Of a stretch of DNA of 64,000 nt, positions 9,885-21,780 are shown one piece after another. The position numbers were made by a program, and so were the translations under genes. The first letter of the stretch is position 1. Each line of letters starts with the position of its first letter. The notes below the pieces were generated by a model. That model searched no databases. It was not told where the DNA came from and saw only the letters and a list, made by a program, of their open reading frames with translations. The DNA is from Candidatus Eiseniibacteriota bacterium (lineage in GTDB: Bacteria; Eisenbacteria; RBG-16-71-46; CAZAMP01), in contig OZ245046.1 in the NCBI GenBank assembly GCA_965224245.1, positions 3,424,001-3,488,000 on the forward strand. The letters are read 5' to 3'.

Positions 9885-9943
9885 TTGACGGCCCCGGCCG
9901 CGGGCGGTATGGTTGTGATGCTAGCAACGCTTCTAGCTTCACA
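9885..9943 (+). promoter_or_regulatory. Sigma70 promoter TTGACG-N17-TATGGT followed by inverted repeat TGTGATGCTAG-N8-CTAGCTTCACA
   Basis: Near-consensus -35/-10 with 17-bp spacer; 10/11 arm match at 9914-9943. Confidence 0.7.
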
Positions 9944-9956
9944 CAAGGAGGTCATC

Positions 9957-11660
9957 ATGGGAATTCGATCCTGGATCGCGGCGGGCCTGATCGCGGCATT
10001 GCCGCTCGCGGCGCATGCCGCCTTCGTCGAGCAGCCCGAGTTCGGCGCCGGAGCCACGATCCCGGTGGCCTGGGCCGACGCGGACGGAGATGGCGATCTG
10101 GATCTCGCCGTCGGCAACTTCAATCAGCCCAATCAGCTCTTTCGCAACGACGACGGCGTCTTCGTCGCGCTGGCCGAGTTCGGCGCAGGCGCCACCTTCG
10201 CCGTCGTGTGGGCCGACGTGGACGACGACGGCGACCCGGATCTCGCCGTCGGAAACGGCAACGGGCAGGCCAACGCGCTCTACGTCAACGACGGGCTCGG
10301 AGGATTCACCCCCGAGGCTCAGTTCGGCGCGTCCCGGACGAACGCGATGGCCTGGGGCGACGCCGACGGTGACGGCGATCTGGATCTCGCGGTGGGCAAC
10401 GGCCTGCTCGGCGTCGCCCAGCAGAACTACCTGTACCTGAACGACGGCGACGGGACGTTCACCGAGGTGCCGGCGTTCGGCGTCGGCCAGTCCGCGACGC
10501 TCGCCTGGGGCGATGCCGACGGCGACGGCGACCTCGACCTGGCCGTCGGCAACGGCGGGTTCGGCTTCACCGGGCAGAACGTGCTCTACGTGAACGGTGG
10601 GACGGCCTCGTTCACCGAGCAGCTCGACTTCGGCGAGGGCGACACGTCCAGCCTCGTCTGGGGCGACGCCGACGGCGACGGCGATCTGGACCTCGCCGTC
10701 GCGAACTGGAACGGCGGGCAGAACCGGCTCTACGTGAACGCCGGTGACGGCACGTTCACCGGCGAGGATCAGTTCGGAGCCCGCGATCCGAACACGATGG
10801 CGTGGGCCGACGTCGACGACGACGGCGACCTGGATCTGGCCGTCGGCAACGGCGACTTCATGAGCGCCGATCAGAACTACCTCTACCGCAACGACGGCGG
10901 TGGGACGTTCACCGAGATGCCCGCGTTCGGTCTGGGCAGCACCGACTCGATCGCCTTCGCCGACGTCGACGGCGACGGCGACCTCGACGGGGCCGCCGGA
11001 AACGAGCACACCCCGCCGCAGAACTACCTCTACCTGAATCAGGCAAACGACACCGACTACCTGCGCATCGCGCTCGAGGGGCGGCTCCACGCGTCCGGCG
11101 CCGGCTACTCGAACCGCGACGGGATCGGGGCGACGGTCGCCGTGTACACCGCGGGGCAGCTGGGCGATCCCGCCGCGCTCCTGGGGTTCCGTGAGATGTC
11201 CGCGCACGGCGGCTTCTCGTCGCAGAACGAGCGGGTCGCCCACTTCGGGGTGCCGGGGGTCGAAACGGTCGACGTGCGCGTGACGTGGCCGGGCTCGGCG
11301 GGGAGTCGAATCGTGGACGATCTGACGGGCGTGGCCGTCGGCCAGTCGCTCGTCGTCGTCGAGGGCAGCGGGACGGTCGCGGTTCCCGCGGCGGTGGAGG
11401 GTGACGGAACGTCGCTGACCGTCCCGAACCCGACCCGCGGGGCGACCCGGATTCGGCTGACGGGCGCCTCCTCGGGCGGCGACGGCGATCGCGTTCGCGT
11501 CTACGATGCGTCCGGCGCCCTCGTCCGCGTCCTCGCGCTCGACGCCCATCGCTCGGCGAGCTGGGACGGACTCTCGAGTGGGGGTCGACCGGTCGCCCCC
11601 GGCGCGTACTTCTGGCACGCCGATTCCGGTGAGCGCGGCCGCATCCTGATCGCACGCTGA
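9957..11660 (+). CDS. Secreted FG-GAP/VCBS beta-propeller + ASPIC/UnbV (CRTAC1-like) + CTD
   Basis: Seven WxDxDxDGDxDLAVGN repeats; NRDGIGATV..GGFSSQN..HFG..VTWP; AAGGAGG RBS. Confidence 0.9.
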   Translation: MGIRSWIAAGLIAALPLAAHAAFVEQPEFGAGATIPVAWADADGDGDLDLAVGNFNQPNQLFRNDDGVFVALAEFGAGATFAVVWADVDDDGDPDLAVGNGNGQANALYVNDGLGGFTPEAQFGASRTNAMAWGDADGDGDLDLAVGNGLLGVAQQNYLYLNDGDGTFTEVPAFGVGQSATLAWGDADGDGDLDLAVGNGGFGFTGQNVLYVNGGTASFTEQLDFGEGDTSSLVWGDADGDGDLDLAVANWNGGQNRLYVNAGDGTFTGEDQFGARDPNTMAWADVDDDGDLDLAVGNGDFMSADQNYLYRNDGGGTFTEMPAFGLGSTDSIAFADVDGDGDLDGAAGNEHTPPQNYLYLNQANDTDYLRIALEGRLHASGAGYSNRDGIGATVAVYTAGQLGDPAALLGFREMSAHGGFSSQNERVAHFGVPGVETVDVRVTWPGSAGSRIVDDLTGVAVGQSLVVVEGSGTVAVPAAVEGDGTSLTVPNPTRGATRIRLTGASSGGDGDRVRVYDASGALVRVLALDAHRSASWDGLSSGGRPVAPGAYFWHADSGERGRILIAR

Positions 11661-11755
11661 TCGGCGTTCTTTGGTCGAGGTTCACGCGGGCGTATACTGA
11701 TCGCGATCGTCGGGAGTGACTGTGCTCGACTCGCTCCAACCACAAGGAGGCGATC

Positions 11756-12223
11756 ATGCCGGCCAAGAAGCTCCGTGAGTTCCTCGATCAGAACGGCGTC
11801 AAGTACGTCACCGTTCAGCACTCGAAGGCGTACACCGCCCAAGAGGTGGCGGCGGCCGCTCACGTCAGCGGCAACGAGCTCGCCAAGACGGTCATGGTCA
11901 AGGTGAAGGGAAAGATGGCCATGGCGGTCGTGCCCGCCGCGTACAAGGTGGACTTCGACCTGCTGCGAGATGCGATCGGCGCCGACGACGTCCAGCTCGC
12001 GACCGAGAAGGAGTTCGAGAATCTGTGCCCCGGTTGCGAGGTCGGGGCGATGCCGCCGTTCGGCAACCTGTACGGGATGGACGTCTACATGGCGACCGGA
12101 CTCCGCGACGAGGACGAGATCGCGTTCGCCGCGGGCACGCACACCGAGGTCGTGCGCATGAAGTTCGGCGACTACGCCCGACTGGTGACGCCGAAGATCA
12201 TCCGCTTCGCGGTCTCGGTCTAG
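11756..12223 (+). CDS. YbaK/EbsC family aminoacyl-tRNA deacylase
   Basis: HSKAYTAQE, LAKTV, CEVGAMPPFG, AGTH motifs; AAGGAGG RBS. Confidence 0.9.
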   Translation: MPAKKLREFLDQNGVKYVTVQHSKAYTAQEVAAAAHVSGNELAKTVMVKVKGKMAMAVVPAAYKVDFDLLRDAIGADDVQLATEKEFENLCPGCEVGAMPPFGNLYGMDVYMATGLRDEDEIAFAAGTHTEVVRMKFGDYARLVTPKIIRFAVSV

Positions 12224-12289
12224 GTCATCGGACGCCGCTCGCGTCGAGCGGCGTCCCCGCCTCTCGCCCGGCGCCGGCCTGCGACCGGC

Positions 12290-12565
12290 TCACTCGTGAT
12301 GGGAGCGGTACTTCTCCAGATCCTCCAGCGAGAACTTGTTCAGCTTCACGATCGTGGCCCCCGCGCGGTATGCCGGTGGCAGGATCGCTCTCGCCTCGTC
12401 CTTGTCGTCGGCCTCGACCGTGATCCAGGCCTTGTGAACGTCGTCGAAGCAGCCGAAGTCCGCGTTCGTCATGAAGTGCGATCCGGTCTCGAGCAGCACC
12501 CTGACGGCGTTCGCGCACGCGACGGCTTCCGATTCGTGTGGAACCTCGATGAGGAACCTGGCCAT
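12290..12565 (-). CDS. Conserved small hypothetical protein (DUF3303/ferredoxin-like fold possible)
   Basis: GGAGG RBS; natural composition; GC..DVHKAWITVEA motif. Confidence 0.7.
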   Translation of the reverse strand: MARFLIEVPHESEAVACANAVRVLLETGSHFMTNADFGCFDDVHKAWITVEADDKDEARAILPPAYRAGATIVKLNKFSLEDLEKYRSHHE

Positions 12566-12700
12566 CGTCGATTACCTCCATCCCTGTCGTCTCGTCCGGC
12601 ATTCCGCCGATCGATCGAGAGCCACGCGATTCAACCACGGAAGCCGGCACCGCCACAACCGGGCGGGCGTTCGACCCGGGTGCGGCGCGAACGCCGGAGA

Positions 12701-14358
<1,658 letters not shown>

Positions 14359-14362
<4 letters not shown>

Positions 14363-15771
14363 GGTTTGCCTTCGTCGCCGCCGGTCTCGGCGATGGGTAG
14401 CTCGACCCGGAACTCCGTTCGCCCCGGCCGCGATTCGAACGAGATCTCGCCGTCGTTCTGCCGGACCAGGCGGCGCACGATGTCGAGTCCGAGGCCGGTG
14501 CCCTGTCCCACCGGCTTGGTGGTGAAGAACGGATCGAACAGCTGCTCGCGGATCGCGGGCGCAATGCCCGCGCCATCGTCGACGACGCGGACCACCACGC
14601 GTGCGTCCTCACGGCCGACCCGCACGTCGACCCGACCCGAAGAGGCGATCGCATCGAGCGCATTGTCCACGAGGTTGGCCCAGATCTGGTTGAGCTCGCC
14701 GGGGAGTCCCCGCACCGGGGGCAGATCCGGCTCGACCTCCACCGTCACGGAAGCCGACTTCCGCTGCGCCTTCGAGCGGAGCACCGCGATCGTGTCGTGG
14801 ATGCCCCGCGCGACGTCGACCGGTACCGCGCCCGTTCCCTGGTCCATGTGCGTGAACCCCTTCACGGCCGTGACCAGGCCCGAGATGCGCAGGGCCGCTT
14901 GCTGGATGTCGTGGGACAGGCTCCGCACCGAGCATCCGGCCGCCGCCCATCGCAGCACGGGCTCCAGCGAGGGGCCGGGAACCGCCGCGGCGACGCGCTC
15001 GAGCGCGTCGAACGTCACGGCCGTCTCCGCCAGCGCATCGGCCAGCGTGGAGTCCAGCCCCGCGTCGTCGAGCCAGTCGGCGATGGCGGCCTCGTGCTCG
15101 GCCTGCTCGATCGGGGATCGGACGCCCTGCGCCGGTGTCGCGAGACAGGACTCGCGCACCGCGTCGACGGCGGCGAGCTGGGCGTCGGAGAGTCGGGCCG
15201 CCCCCAGGGCTCGAGACGCTCGTTCGGCCTCTTCGAGCCGCTCCCCGAGCATGGCCGCGTTGCGCTCGATCGCCGACGCGGGGTTGTTCAGCTCGTGCGC
15301 CAGCCCGGCGGACAGCCGCCCGAGCGAGACCATCTTCTCGTCGTGCAGGTCGCCCGACGTGAAGGCTCTCGCCCGATCGACCATGTTGTGGACGAGTATC
15401 GAGGTGACCTCGTGACACTCGCGAATCAACGCGGGCAGGTGGTCGCGATGAATGGCGAGGACCTCCGTCGGCTCCCGGGCGACCGTGTCACCGGGCGGAC
15501 CGACCATGCGCGAGTACGGGAGCTGACCGGTGACGTCGCCGGCCCGCCACTCCATGCCCTTGTGGAGCCCGGCACCGCGATCGACGTAGATCACGATGCA
15601 ACCCGAGAGCACGATGGCCAGGCTCTCGGCGCTCTCACCCTTCGCGGCCAGGACCTCGCCGGTCTCCAGGCGCTCGAGGGTGCCCCGCGCGACCAGCCAC
15701 TCCAGTTCCCGGCGGGACGCGCCGCCGAGGGTCCGATGTGCCGCGAGGCGGTCGATCAGGTCGGTCGTCAT
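14359..15771 (-). CDS. Cytoplasmic histidine kinase with N-terminal cNMP-binding-like domain
   Basis: LAHELNNP H-box, NLVDNALDA, DDGAGI, FDPFFTTK, GTGLGL; start may be 15789. Confidence 0.9.
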
Positions 15772-16023
15772 CGTTGCGCGCTCGCTCATTCGGAACAGCC
15801 CGGCCTCACTCCGATCGACGAACAGGACGAACTTCGCATCGGTCATCATAGCAACGGACTGGACGTCGCGACCATCGGATCACGACTGCGCCTGGGAACG
15901 GGGCTTCGTGGACGTGTAGAATGCTCCTCTTCGGAGCTTCCACGATCGGTCCCGCCGAGCGACCCGCGCGACCGGGCCGACCGCGGCGGGACCGGCCACC
16001 CGCCCGAGACGAGGAGGACGTAC

Positions 16024-16341
16024 ATGGACTATCACGACCTTCACAAGCTGACCGTCGTCAAGCTCCGCGAGATGGCCAAGGAGTACGACGACCTCGAGGG
16101 TGTCACCGGCATGACCAAGGACACGCTGTGCGACGTCCTCGCCGACAAGATGGGCATCGAGAAGCCGCACAAGGTCGTGGTCGGCATCGACAAGGCCTCG
16201 ATCAAACGGGAGATCCGGGCGCTGAAGAAGGTGCGCGAGGAGGCGCTGGCCGCCCGCGATCGCCAGAAGCTGCACGATACCCGCCGCCAGCTCCACAGGC
16301 TGCGCCACAAGCTTCACAAGGCGTCGAAGCTGGCTGGCTAG
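16024..16341 (+). CDS. Small basic protein with Rho termination factor N-terminal-like (HeH) domain
   Basis: LHKLTVVKLREMAKEY..GVTGMTKDTL; GAGGAGG RBS. Confidence 0.75.
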   Translation: MDYHDLHKLTVVKLREMAKEYDDLEGVTGMTKDTLCDVLADKMGIEKPHKVVVGIDKASIKREIRALKKVREEALAARDRQKLHDTRRQLHRLRHKLHKASKLAG

Positions 16342-16349
16342 GCCTGCGG

Positions 16350-16398
16350 GATCCCCGGGTCCGCCGGCGCCGGGCAGTCGGCCGGCGGATCGGGGATC
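16350..16398. terminator. GC-rich stem-loop after the small gene (terminator-like or REP-like, no U tract)
   Basis: gatccccg..tccgccggc / gccggcggatcggggatc arms. Confidence 0.4.
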
Positions 16399-16501
16399 TC
16401 CCTCGGCAACACGTTGCCGGCCCGGACCGCCCGTGCGGCCCTCTCCTCGCCGGGCTCCCGGGCGGATCGCATCGATCCCGCCCCGGTCCCCGCCGCACGT
16501 T

Positions 16502-16547
16502 TGTCCAGATTTTGGACGAACCCCGGGATGTCCGATCTGGGTACAAT
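16502..16547 (+). promoter_or_regulatory. Two TGTCC-N9-AC(A/G) boxes overlapping a TACAAT -10 element
   Basis: TGTCCAGATTTTGGACG (16502-16518) and TGTCCGATCTGGGTACA (16529-16545). Confidence 0.5.
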
Positions 16548-16582
16548 ATGTCGATGATTTTATTGAGACACGAGGAGAAGCC

Positions 16583-17851
16583 TTGAGGATCGCCGTGGTC
16601 GGGACCGGGGTTTCCGGGCTCGTGGCCGCCCACCTCCTGCACCCGCGACACGACGTCACGCTCTACGAGCGAGAGGAGCACGTGGGCGGCCACTCTCATA
16701 CCGTCGACGTGCCCACCCGCGACGGTCCGCCGGTCTCGGTGGACACCGGCTTCATCGTGTTCAACCACCGCACGTATCCGGCCTTCACGGCGCTTCTGGA
16801 CGAGCTGGGCGTGGCCAGCGAGCCGTCGAGCATGGGCTTCTCCGTACGGTGCGACCGCACCGGCATCGAGTACGCGGGCGCTTCCCTGTCGACGCTGTAC
16901 GCGCAACGTCGCAATCTGCTCCGTGCCGGCCACCACCGGATGGTGATTGATCTCCTGAGGTTCTACCGGGACGCCCGGCGGGCGCTGGAGGCGATCGACG
17001 ACCGGAGGACGCTCGGGGAGTTCCTGGACGCGGCCGGGTACTCGGCGAGCTTCCGGGACCGACACATCCTCCCGATGGCGGCCGCGATCTGGTCGGTCAG
17101 CCCCGCGCAGGTACTCGACTTTCCCACCCGCTTCGTGCTGCGGTTCTTCGACAATCACGGCATGATCCAGCTCCGGGATCGGCCCGTGTGGCGCGTGGTG
17201 ACCGGAGGCTCGGCCCGCTACGTCGAGGCGCTGACCCGGCCGTTTCGCGATCGCATCCGCACCGCGACCGCGGTGAGCGCCGTCCGGCGGGGTCCCATGG
17301 GGGTGAGCGTGCACAGTGAGCGCTTCGGGACCGAGACGTTCGACCACGTCGTCATCGCCTGTCACGCCGATCAGGCCCTCCGGCTTCTCGCCGACGCGAC
17401 CGAGACCGAGCGGGCGCTGCTCTCGGCGACCGAGTACCGCCCCAACCAGGTGTGGCTGCACACCGACGCACGCGTGCTCCCGAGGAACGTCCGCCTCTGG
17501 TCGAGCTGGAACTACCGTGTCCCCGAACGCACGAGCGACCAGGTGACCCTGACGTATCACATGAACACGCTCCAGAACCTCGACTCGCCCACCGACTACT
17601 GCGTCACGCTCAATCCGTCGCCGGGCGAGATCGACCCGGCTCGCGTCATCGCGCGGTTCGTGTACGACCACCCGGTGTTCACGCATGCCAGCGCGGGAGC
17701 CCAGGCACGACATCGGGAGGTTGTGGCCGCCAACCGCACGTCGTTCTGCGGCGCCTACTGGGGGTTCGGGTTCCACGAGGACGGCGTCCAGAGCGCGATC
17801 CGCGTGGTGCGTGAGATCGAGTCGAAGGTGCCGGCCGGGGCGATCGCGTGA
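16583..17851 (+). CDS. FAD-dependent oxidoreductase (COG2907; UfaD-like fatty acid desaturase)
   Basis: [45 protein letters not shown] start after GAGGAG. Confidence 0.9.
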   Translation: MRIAVVGTGVSGLVAAHLLHPRHDVTLYEREEHVGGHSHTVDVPTRDGPPVSVDTGFIVFNHRTYPAFTALLDELGVASEPSSMGFSVRCDRTGIEYAGASLSTLYAQRRNLLRAGHHRMVIDLLRFYRDARRALEAIDDRRTLGEFLDAAGYSASFRDRHILPMAAAIWSVSPAQVLDFPTRFVLRFFDNHGMIQLRDRPVWRVVTGGSARYVEALTRPFRDRIRTATAVSAVRRGPMGVSVHSERFGTETFDHVVIACHADQALRLLADATETERALLSATEYRPNQVWLHTDARVLPRNVRLWSSWNYRVPERTSDQVTLTYHMNTLQNLDSPTDYCVTLNPSPGEIDPARVIARFVYDHPVFTHASAGAQARHREVVAANRTSFCGAYWGFGFHEDGVQSAIRVVREIESKVPAGAIA

Positions 17852-18627
17852 GCCTGGCCAGCGCGATCTACCGCGGACGCCTCGTCCACCACCGCCGGGG
17901 GCCGGTCCGGCACCGGTTCGGCCATCCGGTCGCGATGCTGTACCTCGACCTGGACGAGCTGGGCGCGGTGTTCGATCACCGGGCGATGTGGTCGCGCACC
18001 CGCTCCGCACCGGGACGCTTCGTACGGGCCGACTATCTCGGCGATCCCAGGATCCCGCTGAGCACGGCGGTTCGGGACGCGGTGGCGTCGAGCACCGGCG
18101 AGGCACCGACCGGCCCCATCCGGATGCTGACGTACGTGCGCATGTTCGGCTACTGTTTCAATCCGGTGACGTTCTACTACTGCTTCGACGCCGACGGCGT
18201 GCGGGTCGAAGCCGTCGTCGCCGAGGTCACGAACACGCCGTGGCGGGAACGACACGCGTACGTGCTCAGCGAGCCCGAGACGGTCGGAGGCGACGCGCGC
18301 CTTCGGTTCCGCACCGCGAAGCGGCTCCACGTGTCGCCGTTCATGCCCATGACGGTGGAGCACGTCTGGCGCTTCACGACGCCGGGCGATCGTCTCCACG
18401 TTCACATGTCGAATCTGGATGCCGGTCGCCCCACCTTCGACGCGACGCTGGCACTGGAGCGGGAGCCCATGACGAGCCTCAACCTGAACCTCTTGCTCGT
18501 GAGAAACCCGTTCATGACGCTCCAGGTCGTGGGTGCCATCCACTGGCAGGCCCTGCGACTGTGGCTGAAGCGCTGCCCGTTCCACCCCCACCCGTCGAAG
18601 GACACCCGAGAGGTCGAGGAGCCATGA
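17848..18627 (+). CDS. DUF1365 family protein (UfaO-like)
   Basis: [44 protein letters not shown]. Confidence 0.9.
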   Translation: MSLASAIYRGRLVHHRRGPVRHRFGHPVAMLYLDLDELGAVFDHRAMWSRTRSAPGRFVRADYLGDPRIPLSTAVRDAVASSTGEAPTGPIRMLTYVRMFGYCFNPVTFYYCFDADGVRVEAVVAEVTNTPWRERHAYVLSEPETVGGDARLRFRTAKRLHVSPFMPMTVEHVWRFTTPGDRLHVHMSNLDAGRPTFDATLALEREPMTSLNLNLLLVRNPFMTLQVVGAIHWQALRLWLKRCPFHPHPSKDTREVEEP

Positions 18628-19865
18628 ACACCTCCACATTGACCCGCCCGCACCGGAGCGGCCGCCTGTCCATCGACGGCGTCGCCGCCCGCGTCGTTCG
18701 CCGGGCGTTCGCGCGTATCGGGCATGGACGACTCGACGTGAGAACGGGGTCGGACTCGCGATCCTACGGCGACGAGGATTCCGACCTGCACGCGCGCGTC
18801 GTCGTGCACGACGACCGCCTGTTCGGCGCCGCGCTCGCGCACGGGAGCGCTGGCATCGGCCGTGCCTATGCCCGCGGCTGGTGGACGACCGACGACCTGC
18901 CTGCCGTGATCGCTCTCTTCGCCCGGAACGACGCCGCGCTCTCGTCGCTGACGCCGATCGCGCGCTGGGTCGGGGATCCGATACGTCGGATCGCCGCATG
19001 GCGTCGCCGCAACAGCCGGTCCGGGAGCCGGCGCAACGTCCGTTCTCACTACGATCTCGGCAACGCGTTCTTCGAGCTCTTCCTGGATCCGACGATGACC
19101 TACTCCTGCGCGCTCTTCGAGACGCCGGAAGCGACGCTGGAAGCGGCCTCGATCGCGAAGCTGGATCGCGTCTGCGAGACGCTGGCGATCGGCTCGTCCG
19201 ACCACGTGCTGGAGATCGGCTCGGGCTGGGGCAGCTTCGCGATCCATGCGGCCCGCACCCGGGGCTGTCGCGTCACCACGACCACGATCTCGCGCGAGCA
19301 GCACGCCGTGGCCCGGCGGCGCGTCGCCGAGGCCGGGCTGTCCGATCGCGTCGACGTCCGACTCGACGACTACCGCGATCTCCGCGGGCGCTACGACAAG
19401 CTCGTGTCCATCGAGATGATCGAGGCCGTGGGCGCCCGGCACCTGGACGCCTACATCGGCACCTGCTCGTCGCTTCTTCGTCCACACGGTGCGATGCTGC
19501 TCCAGGCGATCCTCATTCGCGACCACCTGTATGCGCGCGCGCTCTCGTCGATCGACTTCATCAAGTCCGAGATCTTCCCCGGCACGTTCATGCCGTCGCT
19601 GACCGCGATCACGCGGAGCATGTCGCGCGTGTCGGATCTCGTCGTGTCCGATCTGTTCGAGATGACCGCTCACTACGCCGAGACGCTCGCGCGCTGGCGT
19701 CGCGCGCTCCTCGCGAACGCGGAGCGCGTCGTGGCACTCGGGTTCGACGAGACGTTCGTTCGGCTCTGGGAGTTCTACCTGGCCTACTGCGAGGCCGGAT
19801 TCCGTGAACGCCGGATCGGAGACGCCCAGATCCTCCTCACCAAGCCATCGTGGGGCCCGTCGTGA
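18624..19865 (+). CDS. cfa: Cyclopropane-fatty-acyl-phospholipid synthase family methyltransferase
   Basis: [48 protein letters not shown]. Confidence 0.9.
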   Translation: MNTSTLTRPHRSGRLSIDGVAARVVRRAFARIGHGRLDVRTGSDSRSYGDEDSDLHARVVVHDDRLFGAALAHGSAGIGRAYARGWWTTDDLPAVIALFARNDAALSSLTPIARWVGDPIRRIAAWRRRNSRSGSRRNVRSHYDLGNAFFELFLDPTMTYSCALFETPEATLEAASIAKLDRVCETLAIGSSDHVLEIGSGWGSFAIHAARTRGCRVTTTTISREQHAVARRRVAEAGLSDRVDVRLDDYRDLRGRYDKLVSIEMIEAVGARHLDAYIGTCSSLLRPHGAMLLQAILIRDHLYARALSSIDFIKSEIFPGTFMPSLTAITRSMSRVSDLVVSDLFEMTAHYAETLARWRRALLANAERVVALGFDETFVRLWEFYLAYCEAGFRERRIGDAQILLTKPSWGPS

Positions 19866-20653
19866 TCGACTGGACCCTCGCGGCGTGGGCCTGGCTGGGA
19901 TCGGCGGCCCTGATGGGAATCCTCTGGCTCGTTCAGCTCCGGACGCGCAACGCCGCGATCGTCGACGTGGGTTGGGCCGCCAGCCTCGGCCTGATCGCGG
20001 TGGGCTACGGGCTCGGCGCCGGCGGTGGCGCCGTGCATCGCGCGCTGATCGCCGCCGTCGCCGGGTCCTGGGGGCTCAGGCTCGCGTGGCATCTCCTTCG
20101 CGATCGCGTGCAGAATGCGCCGGAGGAAGGACGTTACGCCGCGCTCCGCGCGCGCTGGGGCGACCGAGCGGATGCGTGGCTCCTCGCGTTCTTCCAGGCG
20201 CAGGCGCTCCTGGCCGCGGGGCTCTCGCTGCCGATGCTGGCGGTCGCCTCGCGTGTCAGCGAGTCGCTCGTGGTCGGCGAGATCATCGGCGTCGTGCTCG
20301 TCGGGATCGGCGTCGTCGGCGAGTCCATCGCCGATCGCCAGCTGAGCCGGTTCAAGCGGCGGCCGGGGACCGACGGTCAGGTCTGCCGGGAGGGCCTCTG
20401 GAAGGTATCGCGACACCCCAACTACTTCTTCGAGTGGCTGGTGTGGTGTGGCTACGCGGTGATGGCGTGGGGCGCCCCGGGCGGCTGGACGGGCCTCGTC
20501 GCCGCCGCGGTCATGCTGGTGCTCATCCTGAAGGTCACCGGGATCCCGCCGACCGAGGCCCAGGCGCTGCGTAGCCGTGGCGCAGCCTACCGCGCGTATC
20601 AGGAGACCGTCAGCCCGTTCGTGCCGTGGCCCACCCGCCGGGCGCTCTCATGA
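19862..20653 (+). CDS. DUF1295 membrane protein (steroid 5-alpha-reductase-like)
   Basis: [10 protein letters not shown](G)[22 protein letters not shown]. Confidence 0.9.
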   Translation: MIDWTLAAWAWLGSAALMGILWLVQLRTRNAAIVDVGWAASLGLIAVGYGLGAGGGAVHRALIAAVAGSWGLRLAWHLLRDRVQNAPEEGRYAALRARWGDRADAWLLAFFQAQALLAAGLSLPMLAVASRVSESLVVGEIIGVVLVGIGVVGESIADRQLSRFKRRPGTDGQVCREGLWKVSRHPNYFFEWLVWCGYAVMAWGAPGGWTGLVAAAVMLVLILKVTGIPPTEAQALRSRGAAYRAYQETVSPFVPWPTRRALS

Positions 20654-21693
20654 CCTGGATCGAGCGCATACTGGAGCGCGACGTCGTTCCCGATCGGCTC
20701 ATCCGGATGGGCATTCGCCGCCGGCTGGCCGATCGCCTGCTCCGGAGCCGCCGGGGATCGGTGGAAGAGGCCCACGACCGCCTGCGCGAGCTGATCGGCT
20801 CGCTGCGCGAGAGTCCGATCGCGATCCACACCGAGGACGCCAACGCACAGCACTACGAGATCCCGCCCCGCTTCTTCGAGCTGATCCTGGGCAAGCACCT
20901 GAAGTACAGCTCCGCATACTTCGGACCCGGCACCCAGGATCTCGACGACGCGGAGGCCGAGATGCTCCGGCGCTACGAGGAGCGGGCCCGCATCCAGGAC
21001 GGGATGCGCGTGCTCGATCTCGGCTGCGGATGGGGCTCGTTCACGCTCTGGCTGGCCGGCCGTCACCGTGGCTGCCGGATCACGGCAGTCAGCAACTCCA
21101 CCCCCCAGCGCCTCCACATCGAGGCCGAGGCCCGGCGCCGCGGGCTCGACAACGTGCGCGTCGTCACCTGCGACGTCAACGCGCTGGAGCTGGATCGCAC
21201 CTTCGACCGCATCGTCTCGGTGGAGATGTTCGAGCACGTACGCAACTACGAGGCACTGATGCGCCGCCTCGCCGATCTGCTCGTTCCCGACGGCAAGCTC
21301 TTCGTACACATCTTCAGCCACCGGGAGACGGCGTATCCATTCCAGGAGGAGGGACCGAACGACTGGATGGCCCGGCACTTCTTCACTGGCGGGATGATGC
21401 CGTCGGATTCGCTCCTCATGTACTTCCAGCGTGACCTCCTGCTCGAGGACCACTGGCGCCTGGACGGGACGCACTACGCGAAGACGGCCGAGGCGTGGCT
21501 CGCGAACCTCGATTCGCGCCGCGCGGAGGCCATGGCGGTGCTGGCGGACGTGTACGGCGCATCGAACGCCCGCCAATGGTGGGTTCGCTGGCGCATCTTC
21601 TTCATGGCCTGTGCCGAGCTCTGGGGCTACGAGGGCGGGCGCGCGTGGCTGGTCTCGCACTACCTCTTCGAGCCTCGTCCGTCGCTGCGGTAG
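20650..21693 (+). CDS. SAM-dependent methyltransferase (Cfa/coclaurine N-methyltransferase-like)
   Basis: [38 protein letters not shown]. Confidence 0.9.
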   Translation: MTWIERILERDVVPDRLIRMGIRRRLADRLLRSRRGSVEEAHDRLRELIGSLRESPIAIHTEDANAQHYEIPPRFFELILGKHLKYSSAYFGPGTQDLDDAEAEMLRRYEERARIQDGMRVLDLGCGWGSFTLWLAGRHRGCRITAVSNSTPQRLHIEAEARRRGLDNVRVVTCDVNALELDRTFDRIVSVEMFEHVRNYEALMRRLADLLVPDGKLFVHIFSHRETAYPFQEEGPNDWMARHFFTGGMMPSDSLLMYFQRDLLLEDHWRLDGTHYAKTAEAWLANLDSRRAEAMAVLADVYGASNARQWWVRWRIFFMACAELWGYEGGRAWLVSHYLFEPRPSLR

Positions 21694-21780
21694 AATGGCA
21701 GCTCACCATTCGTTCGGGGATCGCTCCTGGCTCCCCGGTCGCATCCCGCACGTGCCATTGCGTGCGGACGTGGAGGGATC

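Noticed and set aside
10060-11000. Regularly spaced DNA repeats resembling an array
   Set aside because: They encode FG-GAP protein repeats and are degenerate at third codon positions; not CRISPR
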